From: Mobula birostris
Lineage: Eukaryota
Direction of reading: 5' to 3'
Assembly: GCF_030028105.1 (NCBI RefSeq)
Contig: NC_092371.1
Location: 97,305,064-97,369,063, forward strand
Length of the DNA: 64,000 bases
Shown here: piece by piece, positions 24,480 through 39,049 of the stretch
Numbering within the stretch: the stretch's first letter is position 1
Layout of the letters: every line of letters starts with the position of its first letter
Program-made: the position numbers and the translations under genes
The notes under the pieces: generated by a model
What the model was told of the DNA's origin: nothing
The model's input: the letters and a program-made list of their open reading frames with translations, nothing else
The model's database searches: none

Positions 24480-26760
24480 ATATAGAACATAGAACATAGA
24501 ATAGTACAGTACAGTACAGGCCCTTCGGCCCACATTGTTGTGCTGACTCTCAAACCATGCCTCCCATATAACCCCCCCACCTTATATTCCTCCATATACC
24601 TGTCTAGTAGTCTCTTAAATTTCACTAGTGTATCTGCCTCCACCACTGACTCAGGCAGTGCATTCCACGCACCAACCACTCTCTGAGTAAAAAACCTTCC
24701 TCTAATATTCCCCTTGAACTTTCCACCCCTTACCTTAAAGCCACGTCCTCTTGTATTGAGCAGTGGTGCCCTGGGGAAGAGGCGCTGGCTATCCACTCTA
24801 CCTATTCCTCTTAAAATCTTGTGTACCTCTATTATGTCTCCTCTCATCCTCCTTCTCTCCAAAGAGTAAAGCCCTAGCTCCCTTAATTTCAGATCATAAT
24901 CCATACTCTCTAAACGAGGCAGCATCCTGGTAAATCTCCTCTGTACCCTTTTCAATGCTTCCACATCCTTCCTATAGTGAGGCGACCAGAACTGGACAAA
25001 GTACTCCAAGTGTGGCCTAACCAGAGTTTTATGGAGCTGCATCATTACCTCGTGGCTCTTAAACTCTATCCCTCGACTTATGAAAGCTAACACCCCGTAA
25101 CCTTTCTTAACTACCCTATCTACCTGTGAGGCAACTTTCAGGGATCTGTGGACATGTACCCCCAGATCCTTCTGCTCCTCCACACTACCAAGTAGACTGT
25201 CATTTACTTTGTACTCTACCTTGGAGTTTGTCCTTCCAAAGTGTATCACCTCACACTTCTCCGGGTTGAACTCCATCTGCCACTTCTCAGCCCACTTCTG
25301 CAACCCATCAGTGTCTCCCTGCAATCTTCGACAATCCTCTACATTACCTACAACATTACCAACCTTTGCGTCATCTGCAAACTTGCCAACCCACCCCTCT
25401 ACCCCCACATCCAGGTCGTAAAGGTACAGTTCCCAGAACCGATCCTTGTGGGACACCACTAGTCACAACCCTCCAATCCGAATGTACTCCCTCCACCACG
25501 GCCCTCTGCCTTCTGCAGGCAAGCCAATTCTGAATCCACCTGGCCAAACTTCGCTGGATCCCATGTCTTCTGACTTTCTGAATAAGCCTACCGTGCAGAA
25601 CCTTGTGAAATGACTTACTAAAATCCATATAGATCACATCCACTGCACTACCCTCATCTATATGCCTGGTCACCTCCTCAAAGAACTCTATCAGGCTTGT
25701 TAGGCACGATCTGCCCTTCACAAAGCCATACTGACTGTCCCTGATCAGACCATGATTCTCTAAATGCCCAGAGATCCTATCTCTAAGAATCTTTTCCAAC
25801 AGCTTTCCCACCACAGACGTAAGGCTCACTTGTCTATAATTACCCGGACTACCCCTACTACCTTTGTTTGAGCAAGGGGACAACTTTTGCCTCCCTCCAA
25901 TCTTCCGGTACCATTCCTGTAGAAAACGAGGATATAAAGATCCTAGCCAGAGGCTCAGCAATCTCTTCTCTTGCCTCATAGAGCAGCCTGGGAATATTCC
26001 ATCAGGCCCCGGGGACTTAACCGTCCTAATATATTTTAATAACTCCAACACCTCCTCTCCCTTAATATCAACATGCTCCAGAACATCAACCTTACTCATG
26101 TTGTCCTCACCGTCACCAAGTTCCCTCTCATTGGTGAATACCGAAGAAAAGTATTCATTGAGGACCTCACTCACTTCCACAGCCTCCAGGCCCATCTTCC
26201 CACCTTTATCTCTAATCGGTCCTACCTTCACTCCTGTCATCCTTTTGTTCTTCACGTAATTGAAGAATGCCTTGGGGCTTTCCTTTACCCTACTCGCCAA
26301 GGCCTTCTCATGCCCTCTTCTTGCTCTTCTCAGCCCCTTCTTAAGCTCCTTTCTTGCTACCCTCTATTCCTCAATAGGCACATCTGATCCTTGCTTCCGA
26401 AACCTCATGTATGCTGCCTTCTTCCACCTGACTAGATTTACCACCTCACTTGTCACCCATGGTTCCTTCACCCGACCATTCTTTATCTTCCTGACCGGGA
26501 CAAATTTATCCATAAAATCCTGCAAGAGATCTCTAAACATCGACCACATGTCCATAGTACAATTCCCTGCAAAAACATCATCCCAATTCACACCCCCAAG
26601 GTCTAGCCTTATAGCCTCATAATTTGCCCTTCCCCAATTAAAAAATTTCCTGTCCGCTGTGATTCTATCCTTTTCCATGATAATGCTAAAGGCCAGGGAG
26701 CGGTGGTCACTGCCCCCAGATGCGCACCCACTGAGAGATCTGTGACGTGAACCGGTCACC
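24480..26760 (-). mobile_element. Relatively young 5'-truncated CR1 LINE
   Basis: Long ORF2 pieces (330 aa and 309 aa: [26 protein letters not shown]); (catagaa)n tail at about 24480; closely similar to 58943-62969. Confidence 0.92.
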
Positions 26761-27341
26761 TTTTCATCTTTTCTCTTCTTACGGCTGTTTTGGTTGCCTT
26801 CTGGTAGTTTATAAAAACCTTCCTTCCTCTATGTCTTAGTAATTTTTGTTGCGTTGATCCGAATTTTGCCTCTCCCGAATGGTGAAGTCTATTTCCAACG
26901 ATCACTGCCTCCTAAATGTTAATATAGGTAAAGCTCCCGAAACAAATATGCTTCATTACACAGTAGCCAATCCAGAATTGCGTTTTGCTACTGGTATCTC
27001 GTACGCATTCTAAAAATTCCTTCCCTTGGGATCTGGCCCCAAATTAATTTTCGCGATCTACCTGAATATTCAAATTTCCCATGACTATCGCAACATTGCT
27101 CATTTTACATGCCTTTGCTACCTCCGGTTCTAATTTGAACCTTGCATTCCGGCTACTGTTCGGAGGTCTGCATGTAACTTCCATCAGGGTAGTTATGTCC
27201 TCGCAGTGTCTTAACTCTACTCAGAAGAATACCGGTACCAGATTGGTACCAGTCCGCAGCATGTGCTACCGGGCCGCGAGGAAACATATGAGTCAGCTGC
27301 ACTTTTCCTAATTCCCTTTCACGCACTGTTGAACTTGAACA

Positions 27342-27977
27342 TAGGGTTGCCAACTGTCCCGTATTTGCCGGGACATCCCGTATATTGGGCTAAGTTGGTT
27401 TGTCCCATACGGTATTGCTCTTGTCCCGTATTTCCCCCGCTAAGGTACAACATTCCTATGAAACCTTTCGTGCCGAAATGGCATAAAGCGAGGAAGCAAT
27501 TACCATTAATTTAAATGGGAAAAATTTTGTGCGCTCCCAGACCCAAAAAATAACCTACCAAATCATACCAAATAACACATACAACCTAAAATAACTCTAA
27601 CATATAATAAAAGCAGGAATGATATGATAAATACACAACCTATACAAAGTAGAAATAATGTATGTGCAGTGTAGTCGGTAAGATTAAGGCAAACCCGATT
27701 TGAGGGGGGGAAATCGGCACGTACGCGCATGCACGCGTCACATATGCGCACGACACGCATGCGCACGCATGTGTCCGCTCAAGGCTTCATGGTCATGGTA
27801 GTCTTACTCGGGGTAAACACAAGTGTCTTGTCAACACACACAAAGAATGCTGGTGAATGCAGCAGGCCAGGCAACATCTACAGGAAGAGGTACAGTCGAC
27901 GTTTCGGGCCGGGACCCTTCGTCAGGATTTGACTGCACTTTTGTCCCTTATTTGGAGTGAGAAAGCTGGCAACCCTG
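27342..27977. mobile_element. Non-autonomous DNA transposon (hAT-like TIRs)
   Basis: Ends TAGGGTTGCCAAC and GCTGGCAACCCTG are near-inverted repeats; TSD not evident; contains a Penelope-type insertion. Confidence 0.6.
27894..27929 (-). ncRNA. Minimal type I hammerhead ribozyme motif with intact core
   Basis: Minus: AATC CTGACGA AGGGTCCCGGCCC GAAAC GTC GACT; CUGACGA, stem II, GAAAC and GUC are all canonical; stem I has one mismatch. Confidence 0.65.
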
Positions 27978-28119
27978 ACTGTAAAAGACATGTTGAGGTG
28001 AGTTTAACCCTACTTGCCACCCCCCCGCAACCCGGTCGGCCGGTCCGCAAGAATATTGTCAATATTAAACCGGTCCGCGGTGCAAAAGAGGTTCGGGACC
28101 TCTGCCGTAGACAATCGCT

Positions 28120-31100
28120 CCATGTCTTCCTCCTTTTCTGCAGCCGTGACGCTATCTCTGATCAACAATGCTATGCCCCCACCTCTTTTTCCTCCCTCCC
28201 TGTCCTTTCTGAAACAGCTAAAGCCTGGCACTCGAAGTAGCCATTCCAGCCCCTGTAGCATCGAAGTCTCTGTAATAGCCACAGCATATAGCTCCAAGTA
28301 CTGATTCACGCTCTAAGCTCATCCGCTTTGTTCACAATACTCCTTGCATTAAAATAGACACATCTCAAACCGTCCGTCTGAGTGCGTCCCTTCTCTGTCA
28401 CCTGCCTATCCTCCCTTTCGCACTGTCTCCAAGGTTTCCCTATTTGTGAGCCAATCGCCTCCTCCTCCGTCCCTTCAATTTGGTTCCCACCCACCAGAAA
28501 TCCTCGGTTAAACTGTCCCCAATAGCCTTAGCACACCTCCCGCCAGGATATTGGTCCCACTGAGATTCAAGTGCAACTCGTCCTTTTTGTACAGGTCACT
28601 CCTGCCCCCAAAGAGGTCCCAATGATCCAGAAATCTGAATCCCTGCCCCGTGCTCTAATCCCTCAGCCACTCATTTATCCTCCATCTCACACTATTCCTA
28701 TACTCACTGTCATATGGCATAGGCAGTAATCCCAAGATGACTACCTTTGTAGTCCTACTTCTCAGCTTCCCTCTTAACTCCCTGTAGTCTTCTTTCAGGA
28801 TCTCTTCCCTTTTCCTGCCTATGTCGTTGGTACCACAACCTGGGGCTTTTCTCCTTCCCATCAGAAATAGTGGATGTAGTAGATGCGATCAGAAACATCC
28901 TGGACCCTGGCACCTGGGAGGCAAACTACCATCTGTGATTTTTTCTGTGACCACAGAATCACCTGTCTAACCACCTAACTATGGAGTCCCCTATCACTGC
29001 TGCCATCCTCTTCCTTTCCCGACATTTCTGAGCCACAGGGCCAGGCTCTTGCAAAGTCTGTGTTCTCTCAACAAATATGTTCCTCATAGTCCCTAATATC
29101 GCCCCATTTACATGGGCATACCTTTCTTATTTCTCACTTCAATAGACAATAGACAATAGATGCAGGAGTAGGTCATTCGGCCCTTCGAGCCAGCACCACC
29201 AATTACTGTGATCATGGCTGATCATCCACAATCAGCACCCCGTTCCTGTCTTCTCCCCATATCCCTTGAATCCACTATCTTTAAGAGCTCTATCTAACTC
29301 TTTCTTGAAAGCATCCAGAGAATTGGCCTCCACTGCCCTGTGAGGCACAGCATTCTGTAGCTCCACAACTCTCTGTGCGAAAATGTTTTTCCTCAACTCG
29401 GTTCTAAATGGCCTACCCCTTATTCTTAAACTGTGGCCTCTGGTTCTGGACTCCCCCAAAATTGGGAACATGTTTCCTGCCTCTAGCGTGTCCAATCCCT
29501 TAATAATCTTATATATTTCAATCAGATCCCCTCTCATCCTTCTAAATTCCAGTGTATACAAGCCCAGTCACTCCAATCTTTCAACATATGACAGCTCTGC
29601 CATCCCGGGAATTAACCTCGTGAACCTACGCTGCACTCCCTGAATGACAAGAATGTCCTTCCTCAAATTTGGAGACCAAAACCCCACACAATTCTCCAGG
29701 TGTGGTCTCACCAGGGCCCTGTACAACTGCAGAAGGATCTCTTTGCTCCTATACTCAATTCCCCTTGTTATGAAGGCCAGCATGCCATTAGCTTTCTTCA
29801 CTGCCTGCTGTACCTGCATGCTAACTTTCAGTGACTGATGAACAAGGACACCTAGATCTCGTTGTACTTTCCTTTTTCCTAACTTGACACCATTCAGATA
29901 GTAATCTGCCTTCCTGTTCTTGCCAGCAAAGTGGATAACCTCACATTTATCCACATTAAGCTGATGTGCCATGCCCACTCACCCAACCTGTCCAAGTCAC
30001 CCTGCATTCTCATAACATCCTCCTCACATTTCACACTGCCAGCCAGCTTTGTGTCATCTGCAAGTTTGCTAATGTTACTTTTAATCCCTTCATCGAAATC
30101 ATTAACGTATATTGGAAATAGCTGCGGTGCCAGCACCGAGACTTGCAGTACCCCACTAGTCACCGCCTGCCATTCTGAAAGGGACCCGTTAATCCCTACT
30201 CTTTGTTTCCTGTCTGCCAACCAATTTTCTATCCATGTCAGTACCCTACCCCCAATACTATGTGCTCTAATTTTGCCCACTAATCTCCTATGTGGAACCT
30301 TATCAAAGGCTTTCTGAAAGTCCAGGTACACTACGTCAACTGGCTCTCCATTGTCCATTTTCATAGTTACATCTTCAAAAAATTTCAGAAGATTGATCAA
30401 GCATGATTTCCCCTTCGTCAATCCATGCTGACTTGGACCGATCCTGTTACTGCTATCCAAATGTGCCATGATTTCATCTTTTATAATTGACTCCAGCATA
30501 TTCCCCACCACTGATGTCAGGCTAACTGGTCCATAATTCCCTGCTTTCTCTCTCCCTCCTTTCTTAAACAGTGGGATTACATTAGCTACCCTCCAATCCC
30601 CAGGAACTGATCCTGAATCTATATAACATTGGAAAATGATTACCAATGCTTCCACCCATAACGACCAACTAGACGAGCTGTGCCTGAGCACCGCCGAGAC
30701 ATTTTCCCTGACTGGTAACACCACACCTTATCCTTTACTCCCTCCCACTCTGTCACGTCTAAAACAATGGAGCCTGGAAATATTGAGCAGCCAGTCCTGC
30801 CCCTCCTGCAACCATATCTCACTAATGGCTACAAAATCATAACTTCAGTTGTTGATCCATGCCCTGAACTCGTGCGCCATTCCTACGATACTTCTTACAC
30901 TGAAATATTCACAGCTCAGGACTCTAGTCGCAACATGCTCAACCTTGTCCTTCCTGACTTTGGCTGAGGTCTTACCAACATCTGTCTCCTCAAAATCTCC
31001 CTTAACTGTCGTGGAACACTGGTTCCCATCGCACTGCAACTCTAGTTTAAATGTCACTGTGCAGCACTAGCAAACCTTCCCTCCAGGATATTAGTCCCCT

Positions 31101-31460
31101 TCCCCTTCAGATTTAAACATTCTCTTCTGTACAGGTCACACGTTCCCTGGAAGACGGCCTAGTGATCCATGAATCCGAATCCCTCCATCCAACAACAGCT
31201 CCTTAGCCACGTGTTAAACTGCAGAATCCTTCTATTTCTGGCCTGACTGACACGTGGCATGGGTGGGAATCCTGCGATCACAACACGGATCCTACCATTT
31301 AATTTAGCACGTAACTCCCTGGCCTCCCTTTCCAGAACCTCATCTCTCTTTCTACCTGTGAAATTGTAACCTACGTTGTCCACGACCTCTGGCTGTATGT
31401 CCCCTCACTTAAGAATGCTGAGCACTCGATTGAAGATGCCATGGACCCTGGCCAAAGGCT
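28120..31460 (-). mobile_element. Stacked CR1 fragments (ORF1 esterase/EN at 28120-28950; RT at 29145-30620; ORF1/EN remnants to 31460)
   Basis: [52 protein letters not shown]; tail caatagacaatag near 29145. Confidence 0.8.
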
Positions 31461-31699
31461 GACTGCGAATATAAAAAGAGCAGATTGGGATAAATCTGTT
31501 TTTTTTTTGTCAGCACTTCATGTGTGAGTGTTGGTCTCAGATCCCTACTGAAGGTGGGAGAGAGAGAGTGGCAAAGGAGCACATTCGGGTAAGGCTGGCC
31601 TTTTACGGCTGTGCAAGCTCAATAAGTGTCAGCGTCAGAAACCGAAGTTCAGATGCAAATAAAAGGAAGGTAGGGTCAAGCAGAGCAGCAATTGCTGGA

Positions 31700-32750
31700 G
31701 TGTCCCAGTGACAAGAATGCAAAAGCTTTGGCTTAACAGGCTGCAGCATGAACAGGCAGAGACATAGTTAAGAAGAGATAAGCTTTTTTCTTAGTACAAA
31801 GGAGTCCGACTCTGAGGATACCGACCATTTCCCTGATGACTACATCTGCGGAAAGTACACTAAACTTCAGCGGTTGGTTGACCGGGTCGAGGAGTTGAAT
31901 GTACTCAGTATCATTTAGGGTGCTAAATGTATTATAGATGAGATGAAGAGATGAAGAGATGGTCAGATGCAGATACAGGATTCCAATGGTAGGTGTGTGA
32001 CCACCAGCACAGGTAAGGGGATTAGCAAGTCATTGCAGGGTTCCCCTGTGGCCAGTCCCCTCAGCAACAAGTATACCTCTTTGGATACTGCTGGGGAGAT
32101 GACCCATCAGGGCACGGCAGCAGCAGCCAGGCTGGTGGCACTATGGCTGGTTCTGAAGCTCGACAGCGAAGGGTAAAGTCAAGCAGTGCGGTGGTTTTAG
32201 GGGACTCGATGGTTAGGGTGGCAGAAAGGAGATTTCATGGCCGAAATGAGACACCAGGGTGGCGGGTTGCCCTTCGTGTGCCAGGGTCCAGCATGTATCA
32301 GATCGGCTGCAAGATATTCTCAAGAGGTTGGGTGAACAGCCAGATGTCGTGGTGCATATTGGCCCCAATGACAATGACAGAAAGGGGACAGAAGTCCTAC
32401 GCAATGAGTATTGACAGTTAGGAAAAAAGCTGAAGAGAAGGATCTCCAAGGCAGTAATCTCTGGTGCTAAGGGCTAGGGCAAATAGGAATGGGGTGATAT
32501 CATGGATGAATGAGTGGCTGAGGAGATGGTGCAGGGGATAATGGTTTCAAGTTCTTAGATCATTGGAACCTTTTCTGGGGAAACGGTGACCTGTACAGGA
32601 GGGACAGGTTGCCCCTGAAATGGACAGAAACCAATATCCTGTCGGGAACGTTTGCTATTGCTATGCAGGAGAGTTTAAACTAGTTTTACAGGGGTCTGGG
32701 AACAGAAACATCGGGTCAGTAAGGAAAGGATCGGACTAGAAGGTAAATGT
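31700..32750 (+). mobile_element. CR1 ORF1 (SGNH esterase-type) remnant
   Basis: AVVLGDSMVR and VHIGPND motifs with frameshifts. Confidence 0.65.
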
Positions 32751-32994
32751 CAGGTAAAGTATTGAAAGGCAAAAATGAAATAACAACTATGGTGCGTCGG
32801 ATCTTTTGGTGTGTGTGTATTTTAGGTAAAACTCAAAGATAGGAAGTGTGCAATCATACTGATGGGATTGTACTACAGGGGCCACCCCCTCCAAAAAAGA
32901 TAGATACATCGCAAAGGAAATTACAGTGTCAGAGTAACATTGCATATGCACAGATATGCAATTATTAAAAGAAAAGTAAGAAAGAATAAGAAAT

Positions 32995-34500
32995 ACTGTT
33001 ATTTCAAAAAGAGTAGCATGAGTGGGATATCGCTTCCCTGGCTATAGGTTGACCCATTTTAGAGACTTATGGCCGAAGGTAAGAATGACCTCACATAGTG
33101 CTCTTTGGAGCAGCAGAGTTGTCTTAGTTTGTTACCAAAAGTGGTCCTCTGCTCACCCAAGGTGGCATGCAGAGGATGAGAAACATTGTCCAGAATTGCC
33201 AGGATTTTCCGTTCAGTCCTTTGTTCTACCACAGCCTCCAGTGTGTCTAGTTTAACTCCTATAACAGAGCCAGCCTTTCTAATCAGTCTATTGAGCCTGT
33301 TGGCATTACCTATGTTGATTCCATTCTCCCAACCCACCACCACATAGACGATTGTACTGGTGACAGCAGACTGCTAGAACATGTGAAGGAGAGGCCTGCA
33401 TACCCCAAAGGACCTCAGGCTCCCCAGGAAGTTGAGGCCACTCTGGCCCTTCTTGTACACTGCCTCTGTGTTGGTGCTCCACTCAAGCCTGACAGATAGC
33501 TTCACCCCCAGATATTTGTAGATCCTCACCACATGCACATTCTCACCATTAATCGTACAGGGAATAGTGCAGGATTAGTCTTCCTAAGGTCCATTAAAAT
33601 CTCCTTTGTCTCCCTGAATTTGAGCTGCAGATGGTTCAGCCTGCACCATTTGAAAAACTTATTCACCAGAGCCCTGTATCCATCCTCCCGTCCTCCCTTT
33701 ATACACCCAACTATTTCTGAGTCATCAGAGAATTTCTGCAGATGACATGACTCAGTGTTGTATATAAACTCTGAAGTATTCAGGGTAAACAGGAAGGGAG
33801 CTAACACAATCCCCTGTGGGGCCTCAGGGCTGCTTATAGCCATGTCTGACACATAGCTCTGAAGCCGCATATACTGTGGTCTGCCAGTCAGGTAGTCCAT
33901 TATCCAGGGTGCAATGAAACTGCATAGAACAGAGCTCTCTCCCCCAGCAATGAGGGCTATATGGTGAAGGCATTAGGGAATTTAAAAAATAAACATGATC
34001 CTCACTGTGCAGCCCTCCTTATCCAAATGGGAGTAGGCTCTGCTTAGCAGGTATATGACAGTATCATCGACCCCAATGTGCACCTGGAATGCAAACTGCG
34101 GGGGATCAAGGGCTGATCTGACTAGGGGTCGGAGGTGAGCCAGGACCAGCCTGTCTAGGGTCTTCATGATGTGTGAGGTCAGGACCACTGAATAGTAGTC
34201 ATTCAAGACATTCAGTTGGTCCTTCTTGGGTACTGGGATCAGATATGGTTTTTTCCATACAGTCGGGACCATTTCCAGGCTGAGATTGACAATGCACTGG
34301 AGAACTCCCAACATCTCCTCAGCACCCTCCTCCAGGACCTTCGGGTCGCAATGCTTTGCCGTGTCTGAGTTTCCCCAGAGGCCTTCTGACCTGTGCAGTA
34401 GTGAAGTGGAGTCTATGCTGACTGGGAAATTGGTGGAAGTTGGAGGCTGGGGGATTTGAAGATCGGATGACAGCAGTTGATATGCGGAAGTGTGGACTGT
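32995..34500 (-). mobile_element. Rex1/Babar-like LINE RT fragment
   Basis: LNDYYSVVLTSHIMKTLDRL, DPPQFAFQ, PQGIVLAPFLF, QKFSDDS. Confidence 0.8.
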
Positions 34501-34859
34501 AGGTGCAACTCAAGGAGGGGAAGTAAACGGTGGTAACCTGTGTTGTTCGTCCAGATATTGAACTGGAGGGAGAGGAGGAAGGCTGGAGGTGTTAGTTCTG
34601 AGGAAGCATTGGGTACTTTAGCACATAGACTGGTATGCTGTGTGAATGAGAGTGCAATTCTCAAACATACTGAAGAACTGGTTTAACTCACTGGCCTATT
34701 CACACCTGTATTCCGAGGCTGTAGCAACCGGGGCATGGAGGACAGATGTGTAATCAGATTATGGGAATGTGTAAATATGAAAGGGTTGTTGCAAGGGGGT
34801 ATTACAACTTCCCAAGTATAAAGTAGGACCCTGTTAGTGTAAGGGGTTTATTTGGGGTA

Positions 34860-35830
34860 CAAATTTTTAAGTGTATCGAGGAAGGTTTATTGAACCAATG
34901 TGTGGATGGTTCAAAGAGAGGAGGGCCGTATTGAGCCTGGAGTTGGCTGACGATCCTGGCCAGGTGACTGACTTTTCAGTGGGAGAGCAGTTAGGGAACA
35001 GTGACCACAAATCCTTACCTTTCAGGGTAACTATAAATAGGGATAAATATGGTCCTTGTGGAAGAGTATAGGGGTAGGATAATGGAACATTGGATGTCCA
35101 GAAGGTTGAGGATTTTATTCAAGAAGAAAAGGGGAAAGTATGTAAGGCTTCAAAAGTTAAAATCAAACGAAGCATATGAGTAGATTAAGGAAGCCAGAAA
35201 TGAACTAAAGAAGGAAAATAAAAAAGCCAGGAGGGGCCATCAGAAGTTCTTGGCTAGCGGGATTAAGGTGAATCCCAGGGCATTCTATACATACATCAAG
35301 AGCAAGAGGATAAATAGGTGTGATCACAAACAAATAAAGACCAAACATTTGCTTGGATGCTGAGAATGTGAATGAGGTACTCAATGAGTATTTTGCTTCA
35401 GTATTTACCAAGCAAAATGACTGGCGAATAGCCAGTGCTGTACCCGATTTCAGAAGGGAACATGGGAAAATCTTGGGAACGATACACTGGTGAGCCTTAA
35501 GTAAGGTGTAGGGAAATGGCTGGAGAACATTCTTAGGGATAGGATATATGAGCATTTGGAAACCCATGGCCTAATTAGGGATGGTCAGCCTGGCCTTTTG
35601 TGGAGCACGTCATGTATTATCGACTAGAGTGAGTTTTATGACAAGGTAACAAGAAAGATTATTGAGGTTAGGGCAGTGGATGTAGGCACATGGATGTAAC
35701 GAAGCTACAGGGATATGGACATTGTGTTGCTAGGAGGGATCAGTGATTGGGTGTTTTTGATTTGGTGTTTAGTTGGATCGGCACAACTTTGTGGATCGAA
35801 TGGCCCGTTCCTGTGCAGTAGTGTTCTGTG
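34860..35830 (+). mobile_element. Degenerate CR1 fragment
   Basis: EN/linker remnants and a 3' tail of the same style as 7820-7910. Confidence 0.65.
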
Positions 35831-36059
35831 TCTATGTCTGTCCATTTCTCTGGATGTCCTTCAGCACACCAGACTCATGGTAATATAGGAAAATGAATGA
35901 CTACACTGCCATATTCAGCAGCATTTGCAAACCTCTCCACGCAGAAAAAGATACTTTCCCTAATGTATCCTAGAATTGCAATTAAAAAAGACATCCAACC
36001 CAAGATGCTGGGCAGAGTGACAGATGTGAATGCGTCTTCAGAATGAGGTTTTGGAGTAC

Positions 36060-37335
36060 CTGGTGACACAGGACAAGATAGGACAAAGTTAGCATGGTTT
36101 CCTTAAGGGAAAATCTTGTCTGACAAATCTGTTGGAATTCCTTGAGAGATTACAAGTAGGAGATATAAAGGGGGTATAGTTGAAGTTGTATATTTGGATT
36201 TTCAGAAGGCCTTTGACAGGTGCCACACATGAGGCTGCTTACCAAGTTAGGAGCCCATGGTATTACAGGCAGGTTACTGGCATGGTTAGAGCAATGGAGG
36301 CAGTGAGTGAGAATAAATGGATCCTTTACTGGTTGGCTGCCAGTTCGGCAGTGGTTGGTATTCTGACCGCTACTTTTTTATGCTGCATTTCAGTGATTTA
36401 GATGATGGAATAGATGGCTTTGGTGCTATGTTTGCAGATGATACGAAGATTGGTGGAGGGGTATTTAGTGCTGAGGAAACAGGTAGGGTCCAGAAAACCT
36501 TAGGCAGATTAGGAGAATGGGCAAGGAAGTGGCAAATAGAATGCAATGTTGGAAAATGCATGGTCATGAACTTTGGTAGTAGAAGTAAATGTGCAGACTA
36601 TTTCCTAAAAGGGGAGAAAATTGAAAAATTTCAGATGGAACTGTACTTGGGAATCCTTGTGCAGAACACCCTAAGGTTTAACTTGCAGGTTGAGTCAATG
36701 GTAATGAAGCCAAATGCAGCATTAACATTCATTTCAAGCTGTCTGGAATACAAGAGCAGGGATGTGATGTTGAGCCTTTATAAGGCACTGGTGAGGCCTC
36801 TCCTTGAGTACGGTGAACAGTTTTGGACCCCTCATCTAATAAGAGATGTACTGGCATTGGAGAAGTCTCAGAGCAGATTCACAAGGATGATTCCGGGAAA
36901 GAAAGGGTTATCATAGGAGGGAGGGTTGATACCACTGGGTCTGTACTTGCTGGAATTTAGAAGGATGAGCGGGGATTTCATTGAAACCTCTCGATTGTTG
37001 AAAGGCTTAGACAGAGTAAATGTAGAAAGGATGTGTCCCATGCTGGGGAAGTCCAGTGCAAGAGGGCACAGCATCAGGATACAGTGTCGTACATTTACAA
37101 CAGAGAAGCCGAAACACTTCTTGAGCCAGAAGATGATAAATTTGTGGAATTTATTACCACAGGCAGCTGTTGGGTGTAATAAGGAAGAGCTACATAGGTT
37201 CTTGATTGGACACAGCATCAAAGGTTACGGGTGAAGGCCGTGGCGTGGGGTTGAGGAGGGAAAAAAAGTATCGGCCATGACTGAATGGCGGAGCAGATGG
37301 CCTAATTCTGCTCCTATGTATTATGGTCTTGTGGT
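36060..37335 (+). mobile_element. CR1 RT 3' half
   Basis: FADDTKIGG, LYKALVRPLLEY, tail gatggcctaattctgctcctatg. Confidence 0.85.
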
Positions 37336-37559
37336 CTTAAACTTGACTGTGCAATGGCATGACTACAAACAGCAGGATGTAAAAACAGACAAATCTCGAG
37401 GTGCCCAATATCAATATCCAACTATAATTGATACGTTGATTATATTACTGTATATTACTGTCGTGACGTGCTGCTGTCATCAACATCCGATAGGCATTAC
37501 CAGTGTGCATTATTTTTTTTATTTTAATTTAGCCCAGTTAATGATGGATTGATACATAC

Positions 37560-38865
37560 CATGTGATCTCCATGAGTCTGAAGGTGCTGAAGCCTAGAAG
37601 TCTAATCCTGCTAAGAAACAGAAACTATAGACAGTGCATCAATACAGTGTTACATACCAGGAGCATGGTTTTATTCCATTCCCGTCAGTTCAGCAACTCC
37701 CCATGTTGTCTTATTTGTAAAGCTGTACTGTCTGATGCATCCATGAAACCATCAATATTGCAGGAACACTTCTGCAAAAGAAACCTTGAAAAGGCTACTT
37801 ATGGAAATACACAATTCCAGAAGATGAGAGGACTTGAAAAGCGTTGAACCCTCAAGTTGTTTGTCAGGAAAGCTAAAAATGACCTTGATAGTGGTCTCAT
37901 TGTTTCTTATATCATTTCCAGAATGATAGCAAAGAGTTACAAATCTCATGCAACTGGTGAAAGATTAATAATAGCAGCTGTTCCAGAAGCATTCACCACC
38001 GTTCCAAAATGGTTGCCAGTATTTTAAAGTCAATTACACTGAGTAATAACTCTCTAGTTAGATGTGTTGACAAAATGAGTGAAGAAATTGAGTATCAGCT
38101 ATGCACAGCGCTGCAAAATGCAGAATTTGGGATAAAACTGTGTGAGACAATGAGGCATGCTTATGGCCTCTGTACAGTTTATCAAGTATGGAAAAAGTTT
38201 ATGAAGAGTTTCACTTTTGTTAAAAGTTAAAAGCAAATATCAATGGAAAATAATCTATGATGAACTCAAAAATGAATTCTGATTAGGAGCATAATTTCCT
38301 GTGCTACAGATGGAGCACCACAGGTCAGCATGCTGGTTCAGTGGTTTTTATGAAAAAAAGAAATTCCAAGTCTGTTTGCAATCCAATGTGTAATTCATCA
38401 TCAACATCTCACAGCTAAAAACCTCAGCCAGTGACTTAGTATTATCTGTTCTCAACAAATTTAATGCTCAGCCATTAAATAGCAGAATATTTTGCCAGGT
38501 ATGCCAAGATAACAATGAAGAATTTGAACACTTGCTTCTTCACGCTGACCTGCATTGGCTGTCAAAAGGCTGCTGCTCAAACAATTTCTTTGATCTTTTT
38601 GACACTGCAGTTGAATTTTTGCTCAAAGTCGACAAGAGAATAGGAAACAAGTTTGAACTTTTACATGGAGATGTGGCATACCTGGTTGATCTATATGACA
38701 AAATGGATGTTCTAAATTTGAAAATGGAGGGTGAGAATTTCAAATTAATCGAGGCAAAATGTGCAATATCCATTTTTATGGCAAATTGAAAATATATAAG
38801 CAAAACATTGGGAGAAGAATGTTCTCACAGTTTCCCTGCATGGGAAGTATGAAACTCTCTTTCAT
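37560..38865 (+). mobile_element. hAT Buster/Charlie-like transposase relic
   Basis: PCCLICKAVLSDASMKPSILQEHF (BED-like), SNNSLVRCVDKMSEEIE, and LLHADLHWLSKG (compare LHTEVRWLSKG). Confidence 0.75.
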
Positions 38866-39049
38866 GCTTTTCGCATGGTAGCATATGGTAGACATGGTTT
38901 TACTCTGTGGGGGTGCTGTAAAGTATATAGTGTATAAGAGGGGCTTTGGCAAGTATGAAGATACTTTAGGGGGACATTGGCAAGTATGAAAGAACCTCAG
39001 AGGGGTGCTGGGCTACAAAATGTTGGAAAAGGCTGAATTAACCAATTCA

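Noticed and set aside
31653-31660. Second perfect octamer ATGCAAAT
   Set aside because: Sits just upstream of a CR1 ORF1 remnant; no TATA or leader exon at the spacing seen at 4481.
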